Assembly: GCA_043228905.1 (NCBI GenBank)
Contig: JBHGNT010000016.1
Location: 12,152,001 to 12,216,000 of the forward strand
Length of the DNA: 64,000 bases
DNA from: Azolla caroliniana
Lineage: Eukaryota; Plantae; Polypodiophyta
Direction of reading: 5' to 3'
Below the pieces are notes generated by a model. The model ran no database searches. It saw nothing but the letters and a program-made list of their open reading frames with translations, and was not told the DNA's origin. The position numbers and the translations under genes were made by a program. Below, in pieces: positions 49,301 to 62,444 of this stretch (its first letter is position 1; the number at the start of each line of letters is the position of its first letter).

Positions 49301-49869
49301 CAATCCTTGATATGGTCGACCACGAATTGTCGGCAACCACTTTCGTCCAATTCCTCATTCTTCTCTTCCTCCTTGCATCCCTTAATCAGAACATCATGTA
49401 AAAAAGGCATTGTAATGTGAGGAATAAAATCACGAAGTACCTTGTTCATTCCATTCATCATATGCACCATTGAGTTGGTCGCTCCTTGCGGCAAGGTACA
49501 CATCCGTACTAACCCTATAGATGTCTTGATAGAAGTAATATCTCGACTTTTGGTAGCAAGTTGAAATTGATCATACCCGGAATAAAGGTCTCCCATTCTT
49601 CTTGCAAACATCTCAGCAAACTCATCCACAATTGGCCCTACTCTCGAGTTTCGGATTGTTACCTTATTCACGGGTTGCATATCTTGGATAAATCAAAATC
49701 GCTCATCTTTCGTTAACACAGTGAACCATTGACTCAACTAAGGAGCGTTCGATGGTTCCAAGATACCCATCGTTATCTTCTCTTTCAAAAGTTCTAATAG
49801 TTGAGGGATTCTAGCCATAGGCATGGGTATTAGCTTAAAATTCCATGGAATATGAGGGATAGTGAATAT
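46330..49869 (-). mobile_element. Degenerate Gypsy pol (RT, RNase H, integrase) with PPT at ~47083-47093 and 3' LTR starting at 47082 (left boundary uncertain)
   Basis: DLYSGYDQF, LPQGATNS, YPIRFGAK, YNPEANGKIERG; GAGGGGGTGGG-TGTCGTGAAG. Confidence 0.8.
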
Positions 49870-52800
49870 TGTTGCGCTCGTGACCGGCCATAGCTGGTTA
49901 CCATTCATATATTCGCGTGCAAGAAATAACGCTCAGACAGAAAACCGAAGAACAAAATAGCTAAAATCAGAGAACACACCGATTTTACCGTGGAAACCCG
50001 AACTGGGAAAAACCACGTGGAGTCCACTTGCTCCGAAAAACAAATCACTATGGTGATGAGGGGGTACAACAAGAAACTCAGAGGAAACGACCTCGAGTTC
50101 TTCTTCATCAGCAAATGGCAATAGAGTTGCACTTACTCGAACTCTCCTTGTCTTACACGTTGTGGTGTAGTTTTTCACACACGATATGAAAACTAGTAAA
50201 AACATTATTTAAGATTAGTTTAATGTATTCATATGGGAAGATAGATGTCTTCAAGAGCTTCATAATGTATTTTACTATGCATGAAACGGATAAACAAGTA
50301 TGAAGTTATGTGAGTGTGAAGTTTGAAGAAAAAAGAAAAGAAAAGACAAAACTGTGAGATATCCCACATAAATAGGACAACATTGGAACCCAGGATATAT
50401 AACGGAAACCAAAACATATTCATTTTATCAATGAGTGGAGCATAGAATGTTCAAGGTGACTTGGGCTACACTGTGTGGTGTGAACGTCCACACGTATGCC
50501 CAAAACTTACACACGCGCGTACGCCCGAAGCGTCCACATGGCTATGCATACGCGCGTGTGTAAGTTCTGGGCGTACGTGTGGATGTTTTCGGACATATGC
50601 GTGTGTGCAAGTTCCAGGCATACGCGTGCACGATTGCGTGGATGTTTCGAACGGACGCGTGGATGCATACATGCTACGGTCGGGACGCGCGCGTGCGTGG
50701 ATGCGTACATTGCGTAGTCGGGACTTTTGCGCGCGGACGCGTCTACGGTTTGGTTGCGACACACGTACGTATTGCGCACGGGCTAAACTTTATGGATGAT
50801 TGGGTCATTTGACCGAATTATACGGACGGTTGCATGCAACTAAAAGCCAAGGCCATTGCGTACATGCTATGGTCGGGACGCGCCCGTGTGTGGATGCGTA
50901 CATTGCACAGTCGGGACTTTTGCGCGCGGACGCGTCTACGGTTTGGTTGCGACACACGTATGTATTGCGCACGGGCTAAACTTTATGGATGATTGGGTCA
51001 TTTGACCGAATTATACAGACGGTCGCATGCAACTAAAAGCCAAGGCCATGCAACTCAAAGTAAAAGGCATGCAACTAAACATGGAAGCATGCAACTAAAA
51101 GTAGAGGCCATGCAACTAAAAATAGAGGTCATGCAACTAAAAGTGGACATGCAAAGTAACATTGGGAAGGAGGATCAACAAAGAGCTTGATATATGTTCC
51201 ATTTTTTCCCTCTACTTTTTTTTTCCTTCTTCTTCTTTGGGAAAAAAATCTCTCTCATATTGATATTGGACCACTCCTTACATGGCTGTTGGCTCTTTTC
51301 TTTAAAAAAATTTATCTCTCATTTTTATCTTCAACCCGTTGTAACAAGATTCTTGATTTATAAAAGAATCTATTTTCTTATGCTATAAATGAACATTTTC
51401 TCTCATTTACTCATCTTATATGTGAATTTTGCTTGTGTTGTACGTGTTGCACTAAAACCTTCTAGTCTAGAACCCCGACGGTTCCGCCTCGTGATCTACA
51501 CATAGTAACGGATTTTCACAACAACGTTCTCTCAGTTACGAAGGCCACTACCCCGTACTAACTATCTCATGATAATAATCCATATAATGATTGCCATAGA
51601 TGCTTATATACTAGTACAACTCTCGGACTATTTACAAGTATAGCCCATAGAGGCTTATTTCGACTATTTATAGATATAGTCTCCTGAGTTGGCTGTCTAC
51701 ACGATTTCGGTTTCGACCTCGGCCTATCGGCCTAGGCCGAGTTCCTCATCAACTCGGATCTTCTCTGTTCCCCTTCGGAGGGACCTGTTTCCCAACAAAC
51801 TCCCCCTTAACTCCGGCATGGGGTACTTCACCAATCTGACCCTCTATCGACACGCGTTCAGCTTTTCGGCTTACAACACCTTTGTTAGCATGTCTGATCC
51901 ATTCTCAGTCGTGTGAACCTTAGTTAGAGAAAACTCCTTCTCTTCTACTTTCTCTTGGAGCCAATGGTATTTCCTCTGGATGTGTTTGGTCCTGGAGTGG
52001 TAGGCGGCATTTTTTGCAAGGTGGATGGCACTTTGATTATTGTAGTAGAGTCGGAATTCTTTTTGCTGAATTCCCAGTTCATTGATAAACTCCTTCATCC
52101 ATATGATTTCCTTGTCGGCTTCCGCTGCGGCCATATACTCGGCTTCCGTGGTCGATAGAGCCATGGCCTTCTGCAACTTCGATTGCGATGGGACAGCTCC
52201 CTTGGCATGAGTCATTATGTATCCGAATGTGGATCGGCCGGTATCTTCATCAGCCGACATGTCCGAATCCGTGTAACTTTCCAATGTGGGGTTACCTAAG
52301 CCAAAACAAAGACACATATTCGAGGTGCCTCTTAGGTACCGAAGTATCCACTTCACAACAGCCCAATGCTCTCTCCTGAGATTGCTCATATATCGGTTGA
52401 CCACTCTGACTATGTATCCTATGTTCGGCCTGGTACAAACCATTGGACTTCCAACCACTGAGGCATAAGGAACCCTTTCCATCTTGGCCTTTTCTGTTCT
52501 TGATTTCGGACATTGTTCTTTAATCAGCTTGCAATTCGTCGGCAGTGTCGAGCCGATCGGTTTCGCGCACTCCATGCTGAATCTCTGGAGCACCTTTGTC
52601 ACATACTTTTCTTTTGACAACCACAATAATTTCTTTGTTCGATCCCGAACAATTTGCATCCCCAGGATTTGCTTTCCTGGACCCATATCCTTCATCGAGA
52701 ACAACCTAGTCAAGGCCTTCTTCAGCACTCAGATCTTCATATGGTCTCGTCCGACAATTAGCATGTCGCCCACATATAACAGGACGATGAGAAAATCTCC

Positions 52801-53330
52801 TCCGTCAAAATTCATCATATACATGCAGTGATTGGCCTACGTTTTTTGGTACCAATTGTAAGTCATGAAGGAGTCGAACTTCCGGTGCCAATGCCGGGGA
52901 GCTTGCTTCAGTTTATATAAGCTCTTCTTTAACCGGCATACCAGGTGCTCCTTACCTTTCCTGGTGAATCCTTCCGGTTGTTACATGTAGATCTCTACTT
53001 CGAGGTCGCCATGTAGGAATGTTGTCTTGACGTCTAGTTGCTCTACTTGGAGGTCCATGCTTGCCGTTATGATCAACATCGTCCGGATGGATGTCATCTT
53101 CACTACCGGGGCAAAGAGATCATCGAAATCCTTTGCATCTTTACGACTGTGGGTGTCCTCCTTTGCTTCTTTAAAACTTTTCGTCTCCCCCTCATCGGTC
53201 AGCAACACATGCTTTGCATCCGAAAATCTCCGGGGGCCTCTTCTCTCTCTTAGAGGATATCTTCTTCCTTGGTTCTCGGCTACCAATTCTTCCATTTGTT
53301 CTTCATCCGAATCCAATTTGGGGTCTTGTA
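49870..53330 (-). mobile_element. 5'-truncated degenerate Copia (RT/RNase H 51810-53330) with PPT 51798-51809 and 3' LTR 51797-49870, which is interrupted by a ~1.35-kb insert
   Basis: Homologous to the 30283-35747 pol; LTR segments match 1279-1750 on both sides of ~50150-51500. Confidence 0.8.
50150..51500. other. Non-coding insert with a 37-bp-arm hairpin, a 193-bp tandem duplication (50668/50861) and six ~21-bp CATGCAACT repeats (51026-51150); possibly a non-autonomous DNA transposon or Helitron
   Basis: Interrupts the LTR; repeats visible directly; CTAGT motifs at ~50193 and ~51462; no clear TIR or TSD. Confidence 0.45.
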
Positions 53331-53345
53331 TGTACCATCTTTTCT

Positions 53346-53419
53346 TGTCCAAACCCGGACTTGAACCGGAGACCCCTAGTGTGTTAGACTAGCATGATAA
53401 CCTGCTACACCATCTAGAC
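53346..53419 (-). tRNA. tRNA-Val: tRNA-Val(AAC), several substitutions, possibly a pseudogene
   Basis: Same body as the intact copies, with D-arm changes. Confidence 0.5.
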
Positions 53420-54617
53420 ATATTGGATAGATAAATAAAAGACTAATCTGAATGGAAATTCCACATGCCAATTCGAAAAGACTAAGGTAAAACATTATTG
53501 TTGTTGTAATAGAAAAGATTATTTCTCCAAACCCGAACTCAAACAGAGACCTCTAGTGTGTAAGACTAGCGTGATAAAAAACTACACCATCTGAACCACT
53601 ATATTATTCGTAATTTAATAGTTTCACATGAATTTGTTAATTAGACCAACCGATTGGCATGTCACACTGACATTGACGTAACGACTTTGTATGTTTGTCA
53701 AGGCGTAGTAACGTTGACCTAAGTTATAGAAGTCTTTCTGACTACATACTATTTAGATTGAAAAAGGTAGCACAAATGGAAGCATGAAATGACGAAATCC
53801 TTTTGCTTTGCTTTATATATGAGGAGAGCTTGAAGTTCGTTTAACATATTGCTTGACTATATCGACATCATTACAATCAACCATACTTGCAAAGAACAAT
53901 AGGGATTATTTTGGTCAGTACAAATAGCACATCTCTTGTCCAAACGTAGACTGTAACCGGAGACCTCTAATGTGTTAGAGTAGCATGAAAATCAACTACA
54001 CCATCTAAACATATCAACGATATCTATATTTCTCTCTTAATTAATCTTGGTGCCATACCGATTGTACAAGAGATGGTTCTGAGATGAGTTTCAAGATAAC
54101 ATTTATTTGTAAAAGAATAGTTCAAAACATGCAAATAACCCCGGACTCAAACCGAACACCATGAGACTAGAAGTCTAAGGACATAACCAACAACACTATC
54201 TAGACGCAATTGTCAAGCGATGTCAAAACTAGATGGGTATCACGAGTTTCAATATATCCCATGTGGTAGTGGCATTTAGCTCAAACAAGGTTATATAAAG
54301 AAATATATAGCCATAACTGACACTAGAAAGGAACACACCAATTTTCTTGGCTTAAGATTCATGCATCAATGTAGCCCATGTGCTAGAGAGATTTAGCTGA
54401 AACATGTCAAAAACAAATAGCATTATTTGACGTACAATGTAGCCCATGTGGTAGAGAGATTTAGTTGAAACATGTCAAAAACAAATAGCATTATTTGACG
54501 CACAAATGTATACGTTGCTTCTTGGATATATTGTATTTTTCTAATTTCCTTGGCTATATTGTATCTTTATAAAGACGTATACCAATTATTCTAGTCATTC
54601 TACGTAGCATCTACTCT

Positions 54618-54691
54618 TGTCCAAACCCGGACTTGAACCGGAGACCTCTAGTGTGTTAGACTAGCGTGATAACCAACTACACCATTTGGAC
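54618..54691 (-). tRNA. tRNA-Val: tRNA-Val(AAC), intact cloverleaf
   Basis: GTCCAAATGGTGTAGTTGGTTATCACGCTAGTCT-AAC-ACACTAGAGGTCTCCGGTTCAAGTCCGGGTTTGGACA; perfect acceptor and anticodon stems, A and B boxes present. Confidence 0.85.
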
Positions 54692-54813
54692 ATATTGGGA
54701 ATAGCTCATAGCTTGGATGGATAAATAAAAGACAAATCTGAATGGAAATTCCACATGACAATTAGAAAAGAATAAGGTAAACAATTATTGTTATTGTAAT
54801 AGAAAAGATTATT

Positions 54814-54887
54814 TGTCCAAACCCGGACTCCAACCGGAGACCTCTAGTGTGTGAGACTAGCGTGATAACCAACTACACCATCTGGAC
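54814..54887 (-). pseudogene. tRNA-Val: tRNA-Val(CAC) with B-box mutation (GGTTGGA)
   Basis: Cloverleaf intact except the T-loop C56. Confidence 0.65.
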
Positions 54888-55746
54888 CACTTTATTATTA
54901 TTAATTTAATAGTTTCACATGAATCTGTTAATTAGACCAAGCGATCGGGATGTCACAATGACATTTGACGTAACGACTTTGTATGTTTGTCAAGGCATAG
55001 TTACGTTGACCTAAGTTATCGAAGTCTTTCTGACTACATACTATTTAGATTGAAAAAGGTAGCATGAATGGAAGAATGAAATGACGAAATCCTTTTGCTT
55101 TGCTTTATATATGTGGAGAGCTTGCAGTTAGTTTAACTTATTGCTTGACTATATCGACATCATTACAATCAACCATACCTGCAAAGAACAATAGGGATAA
55201 TTTTGGTCAGTCTAAATAGCACTTCTCTTGTCCAAACGTAGACTGTAACCGGAGACCTCTAATGTGTTAGAGTAGCATGAAAATCAACTACACCATATAA
55301 ACATATCAACGATATTTATTTTTCTCTCTTAATTAATCCTGATGCAATAACGATTCTACAAGAGATGGTTCTGAGATGAATTTCAAAATAACATTTATTC
55401 GTAAAAGAATAGTTCAAAACATGCAAATAACCCCGGACTCAAACCAAAGACCATGAGACTAGAAGTCTAACGACATAACCAACGACACTATATAGATGCA
55501 ATTGTGACTCGATGTCAAAACTACATGGGTATCACGAATTTCAATATATCGCATGTGGTAGTGGCATTTAGCTCAAACAAGGTTATAGAAAGAAATATAT
55601 TGCCGTAATTGACACTAGAAAGGAACAAACCAATTTTACTGGTTTAAGATTCATGCATCAGTTGCACTTAGTTTCCCTAGATATATTCTACTTCTATAAA
55701 AATTAAGATACAGATTCTTCTACTCATTCTATGGAACATATTTTGT

Positions 55747-55820
55747 TGTCCAAACATGGACTCGAACCAAAAACCTCTAGTGTGTAAGAATAGCGTGATA
55801 ACGAAGTACGCTATTTGGCC
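55747..55820 (-). pseudogene. tRNA-Val: tRNA-Val(TAC)-anticodon pseudogene (module E; homologues near 57287, 58758, 60300, 61836, 62739, 63587)
   Basis: TCT-TAC-ACACTAG loop on the same body; T-stem mismatches. Confidence 0.65.
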
Positions 55821-57630
55821 ACAATTGTGAAAACCAATTTTATGGATTCAAATAACTTTGTTACGATAATTGATGCCATATCGCAACTACATCGTCATCA
55901 TGAGTTTCAATGTAGCCCATGTGGTAGAGAGATTTAGCTGAAACATGTCAAAAACAAATAGCATTATTTGACGTACAATGTAGCCCATGTGGTAGAGAGA
56001 TGTAGTTAAAACATGTCAAAAACAAATAGCATTATTTGACGAAAAATGTATACGTTACTTCTTGGATATATTGTACTTTTCTAATTCTCTTGGCTATATT
56101 GTATCTTTATAAAGACGTATACCAATTATTCTAGTCATTCTATGTAGCATCTACTCTTGTCCAAACCCGGACTTGAAGCAGAGACCGCTAGTGTGTTAGA
56201 CTAGCGTGATAACCAACTACACCATTTGGACATATTGGGAATAGCTCATAGCTTGGATGGATAAATAAAAGACTAATCTGAATGGAAATTTCACATGAGA
56301 ATTAGAAAAGAATAAGGGAAACAATTATTGTTGTTGGAATAGAAAAGATTATTTGTCCAAACCCGGACTCGAACCAAATACCTCTAGTGGGTGAGACTAG
56401 CGTGATAACCAATTACACCATCTGGACCACTTTATTATTATTAATTTAATAGTTTCACATGAATTTGTTAATTAGACCAAGCGATCGGGATGTCACAATG
56501 ACATTTGACGTAACGACTTTGTATGTTTGTCAAGGCGTAGTGACGTTGACCTAAGTTATCCAAGTCTGTCTGACTACATACTATTTAGATTGAAAAAGGT
56601 AGCACGAATGGAAGAATGAAATGATGAAATCCTTTTGCTTTGCTTTATATATGTGGAGAGCTTGCAGTTAGTTTAACTTATTGCTTGACTATATCGACAT
56701 CATTACAATCAACCATACCTGCAAAGAACAATAGGGATAATTTTGGTCAGTCTAAATAGCACTTCTCTTGTCCAAATGTAGACTGTAAACGAAGACCTCT
56801 AATGTGTTAGAGTAGCATGAAAATCAACTATACCATCTAAACATATCAACGATATCTATTTTTCTCTCTTCATTAATCCTGGTGCAATAACGATTCTACA
56901 AGAGATGGTTCTGAGATGAAATTCAAAATAACATTTATTCGTAAAAGAATAGTTCAAAACATCCAAATAACCCTAAGCTCAAACCGAAGACCATGAGACT
57001 AGAAGTCTAACGACATAACCAACAACACTATATAGATGCAATTGTGACTCGATGTCAAAACTACATGGGTATCACGAATTTCAATATATCGCATGTGGTA
57101 GTGGCATTTAGCTCAAACAAGGTTATAGAAAGAAACATATTGCTGTAATTGACACTAGAAAGGAACAAACCAATTTTCCTGGCTTAAGATTCACGCATCA
57201 GTTGCACTTAGTTTCCCTAGATATATTCTACTTCTATAAAAATAAAGTTACATATTCTTCTACTCATTCTATGGAACATTTTTTGTGGTCCAAACATGGA
57301 CTCGAACCAAAAACCTCTAATGTGTAAGATTACAGTGATAACCAACTACGCTATTTGAACACAATTCTGAAAAACAAGTTTATGGATCCAAATAACTTTG
57401 TTACGATAATTGATGTCATGTCGCAACTACATCGTCATCATAAGTTTCAATGGTGCCCATGTGGTAGAGAGATTTAGCTGAAACATGTCAAAAACAAATA
57501 GCATTATTTGACGCACAAATGTATACGTTACTTCTTGGATATATTGTATTTTTCTAATTTTCTTGGCTATATTGTATCTTTATAAAGACGTATACCAATT
57601 ATTCTAGTCATTCTATGTAGCATCTACTCG

Positions 57631-57704
57631 TGTCCAAACCCGGACTTGAACCGGAGACCTCTAGTGTGTTAGACTAGCGTGATAACCAACTACACCATTT
57701 GGAC
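57631..57704 (-). tRNA. tRNA-Val: tRNA-Val(AAC), intact cloverleaf
   Basis: Identical to 54618-54691. Confidence 0.85.
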
Positions 57705-59170
57705 ATATTGGGAATAGCTCATAGCTTGGATGGATAAATAAAAGACTAATCTGAATGGAAATTCCACATGACAATTAGAAAAGAATAAGGTAAACAACTA
57801 TTGTTGTTGTAATACAAAAGATTATTTGTCCAAACTCGGACTCCAACCGGAGACCTCTAGTGTGTGAGACTAGCGTGATAACCAATACACCATCTGGACC
57901 ACTTTATTATTATTAATTTAATAGTTTCACATGAATTTGTTAATTAGACCAAGCGATCGGGATGTCACAATGACATTTGACGTAACGACTTTGTATGTTT
58001 GTGAAGGCGTAGTGACGTTGACCTAAGTTATCCAAGTCTTTCTGACTACATACTATTTAGATTGAAAAAGGTAGCACGAATGGAAGAATGAAATGATGAA
58101 ATCCTTTTGCTTTGCTTTATATATGTGGAGAGCTTGCAGTTAGTTTAACTTATTGCTTGACTATATCGACATCATTACAATCAACCATACCTCCAAAGAA
58201 CAATAGGGATAATTTTGGTCAGTCTAAATAGCACTTCTCTTGTCCAAACGTAGACTGTAAACGAAGACCTCTAATGTGTTAGAGTAGCATGAAAATCAAC
58301 TACACCATCTAAACATATCAACGATATCTATTTTTCTCTCTTCATTAATCCTGGTGCAATAACGATTCTACAAGAGATGGTTCTGAGATGAAATTCAAAA
58401 TAACATTTATTCGTAAAAGAATAGTTCAAAACATGCAAATAACCCCGGGCTCAAACCGAAGACCATGAGACTAGAAGTCTAACGACATAACCAACAACAC
58501 TATATAGATGCAATTGTGACTCGATGTCAAAACTACATGGGTATCACGAATTTCAATATATCGCATGTGGTAGTGGCATTTAGCTCAAACAAGGTTATAG
58601 AAAGAAACATATTGCCGTAATTGACACTAGAAAGGAACAAACCAATTTTCCTGGCTTAAGATTCATGCATCAGTTGCACTTAGTTTCCCTAGATATATTC
58701 TACTTCTATAAAAATAAAGTTACATATTCTTCTACTCATTCTATGGAACATTTTTTGTGGTCCAAACATGGACTCGAACCAAAAACCTCTAGTGTGTAAG
58801 ACTAGAGTGATAACCAGCTACGCTATTTGAACATAATTGTGAAAACCAATTTTACGGATTGAAATAACTTTGTTACAATAATTGATGCCATGTCGCAACT
58901 ACATCGTCTTCATGAGTTTCAATGTAGCCCATGTGGTAGAGAGATTTAGTTGAAACATGTCAACAACAAATAACATTATTTGACGTACAATGTAGCCCAT
59001 GTGGTAGAGAGAGGTAGTTGAAACATGTCAAAAACAAATAGCATTATTTGACGCACAAATGTATATGTTACTTCTTGGATATATTGTACTTTTCTAATTT
59101 TCTTGGCTATATTGTATCTTTATAGAGACGTATACCAATTATTCTAGTCATTCTATGTAGCATCTACTCT

Positions 59171-59244
59171 TGTCCAAACCCGTACTTGAACCGGAGACCT
59201 CTAGTGTGTGAGACTAGCGTGATAACCAACTACACCATTTGGAC
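59171..59244 (-). tRNA. tRNA-Val: tRNA-Val(CAC) at the module-A position, one T-stem mismatch
   Basis: Anticodon CAC where the other module-A copies have AAC. Confidence 0.65.
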
Positions 59245-59366
59245 ATATTGGGAATAGCTCATAGCTTGGATGGATAAATAAAAGACTAATCTGAATGGAA
59301 ATTCCACATGACAATTAGAAAAGAATAAGGGAAACAATTATTGTTGTTGTAATAGAAAAGATTATT

Positions 59367-59440
59367 TGTCCAAACACGGACTCGAACCGGAGACCTCTAG
59401 TGTGTGAGACTAGCGTGATAACCAACTACACCATCTGGAC
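59367..59440 (-). tRNA. tRNA-Val: tRNA-Val(CAC), near intact
   Basis: GTCCAGATGGTGTAGTTGGTTATCACGCTAGTCT-CAC-ACACTAGAGGTCTCCGGTTCGAGTCCGTGTTTGGACA; TTTT terminator ~10 nt downstream. Confidence 0.75.
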
Positions 59441-62370
59441 AACTTTATTATTATTAAATTAATAGTTTCACATGAATTTGTTAATTAGACCAAGCGATCG
59501 GGATGTCACAATGACATTTGACGTAACGACTTTGTATGTTTGTCAAGGCGTAGTTACGTTGACCTAAGTTATCGAAGTCTTTCTGACTACATACTATTTA
59601 GATTGAAAAAGGTAGCACGAATGGAAGAATAAAATGACGAAATCCTTTTGCCTTGCTTTATATATGTGGAGAGCTTGCAGGTAGTTTAACTTATTGCTTG
59701 ACTATATCGACATCATTACAATCAACCATACCTGCAAAGAACAATAGGGATAATTTTGGTCAGTCTAAATAGCACTTCTCTTGTCCAAACGTAGACTGTA
59801 ACCGGAGACCTCTAATGTGTTAGAGTAGCATGAAAATCAGCTACACCATCTAAACATATCAACGATATCTATTTTTCTCTCTTCATTAATCCTGGTGCAA
59901 TAACGATTCTACAAGAGATGGTTCTGAGATGAAATTCAAAATAACATTTATTCGTAAAAGAATAGTTCAAAACATGCAAATAACCCCGGGTTCAAACCGA
60001 AGACCATGAGACTAGAAGTCTAACGACATAACCAACAACACTATATAGATGCAATTGTGACTCGATGTCAAAACTACATGGGTATCACGAATTTCAATAT
60101 ATCGCATGTGGTAGTGGCATTTAGCTCAAACAAGGTTATAGAAAGAAATATATTGCCGTAATTGACACTAGAAAGGAACAAACCAATTTTACTGGCTTAA
60201 GATTCATGCATCAGTTGCACTTAGTTTCCCTAGATATATTCTACTTCTATAAAAATAAAGATACAGATTCTTCTACTCATTCTATGGAACATTTTTTGTT
60301 GTCCAAACATGGACTCGAACCAAAATCCTCTAGTGTGTAAGACTAGCGTGATAACCAACTACACTATTTGAGCACAATTGTGAAAACCAATTTTATGGAT
60401 ACAAATAACTTTGTTACGATAATTGATGCCATATCACAACTACATCGTCATCATGAGTTTCAATGTAGCCCATGTGGTAGAGCGTTAGCTGAAACATGTC
60501 AAAAACAAATAGCATTATTTGACGTACAATGTAGCCCATGTGGTAGAGAGATGTAGTTAAAACATGTCAAAAACAAATAGCATTATTTGACGCAGAAATG
60601 TATACGTTACTTCTTGGATATATTGTACTTTTCTAATTCTCTTGGCTATATTGTATCTTTATAAAGACGTATACCAATTATTCTAGTCATTCTATGTAGC
60701 ATCTACTCTTGTCCAAACCCGGACTTGAACCAGAGACCGCTAGTGTGTTAGACTAGCGTGATAACCAACTACACCATTTGGACATATTGGGAATAGCTCA
60801 TAGCTTGGATGGATAAATAAAAGACTAATCTGAATGGAAATTTCACATGACAATTAGAAAAGAATAAGGGAAACAATTATTGTTGTTGGAATAGAAAAGA
60901 TTATTTGTCCAAACCCGGACTCGAACCAAATACCTCTAGTGGGTGAGACTAGCGTGATAACCAATTACACCATCTGGACCACTTTATTATTATTAATTTA
61001 ATAGTTTCACATGAATTTGTTAATTAGACCAAGCGGTCGGGATGTCACAATGACATTTGACGTAACGACTTTGTATGTTTGTCAAGGCGTAGTTACGTTG
61101 ACCTAAGTTATCGAAGTCTTTCTGACTACATACTATTTAGATTGAAAAAGGTAGCACGAATGGAAGAATGAAATGACGAAATCCTTTTGCTTTGCTTTAT
61201 ATATGTGGAGAGCTTGCAATTAGTTTAACTTATTGCTTGACTATATCGACATCATTACAATCAACCATACCTACAAAGAACAATAGGGATAATTTAGATC
61301 AGTCTAAATAACACTTCTCTTGTCCAATCGTAGACTGTAACCGGAGACCTCTAATGTGTTAGAGTAGTATGAAAATCAGCTACACCATCTAAACATATCA
61401 ACGATATCTATATTTCTCTCTTAATTTATCTTGGTGCAATAACGATTGTACAAGAGATGGTTTGTAGATGAATTTCAAGATAACATTTATTCGAAAAGAA
61501 TAGTTCAAAACATGCAAATAACCCCGGACTCAAACCGAAGACAATGAGACTAGAAGTCTAGCGACATAACCAACGACACTATCTAGACGCAATTGTGAAG
61601 CAATGTCAAAACTACATGGGTATCACGACTGTCAATATATCCCATGTGGTAGTGGCATTTAGCTCAAACAAGGTTATAGAAAGAAACATATAGTCGTAAT
61701 TGACACTAGAAATGAACACACCAATTTTCTTGGCTTAAGATTCATGCATCAATTGCACTTAGTTTTCCTAGATATATTCTTCTATAGAAATAAAGATACA
61801 GATTCTTATACTCATTTTATGGAACATTTTTTGTTGTCCAAACATGGACTGGATCCAAAAACCTCTAGTGTGTAAGACTAGCGTGATAACCAACTACACT
61901 ATTTGAACACAATTGTGAAAACCAATTTTATGGATTCAAATAAGTTTGTTACGATAATTGATGTCATGTCGCAACTACATCGTCATCATGAGTTTCAATG
62001 GTGCCCATGTGGTAGAGAGATTTAGCTGAAACATGTCAAAAACAAATAGCATTACTTGACGCACAAATGTATATGTTACTTCTTGGATATATTGTATATT
62101 TCTAATTTTCTTGGCTATATTGTATCTTTATAAAGACCTGTACCTATTATTCTAGGCATTCTATGTAGCATCTTTTCTTGTCCAAAGCCCAACTTGAACT
62201 GGAGACCTTGTGTTAGCCTAGTGTGATAACGAACTACACCATCTAGACATATTGAGAATAACTCATAACTTGGATGGATAAATAAAAGACTAATCTCAAT
62301 GGAAATTCCACATGATAATTCGAAAAGAATAAGGTAAAATGTTATTGTTGGTGTAATAGACAAGATTATT

Positions 62371-62444
62371 TGTCCAAACCCGGACTCGAACCGGAGACCT
62401 CTAGTGTGTGACACTAGGGTGATCACCAACTACACCATCTGGAT
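62371..62444 (-). tRNA. tRNA-Val: tRNA-Val(CAC), intact B box, a few substitutions
   Basis: GGTTCGAGTCC B box, CAC loop; position 1 mismatch. Confidence 0.55.

Noticed and set aside
50461-50812. Overlapping Arg/Cys/Ala/His-rich ORFs on both strands
   Set aside because: A by-product of alternating purine-pyrimidine sequence that lacks stop codons.
55425-55498. Module D appears to have an Arg(TCT) anticodon loop (TCC in the copy near 63270)
   Set aside because: The acceptor stem cannot pair, and the loop is explained by local rearrangement of the Val CTAGTCTCA segment; a pseudogene, not an identity-switched tRNA.
62115-62429. 104-aa ORF (also 60368-60556) in the array
   Set aside because: Chance open frames across tRNA modules; not preserved in other units.
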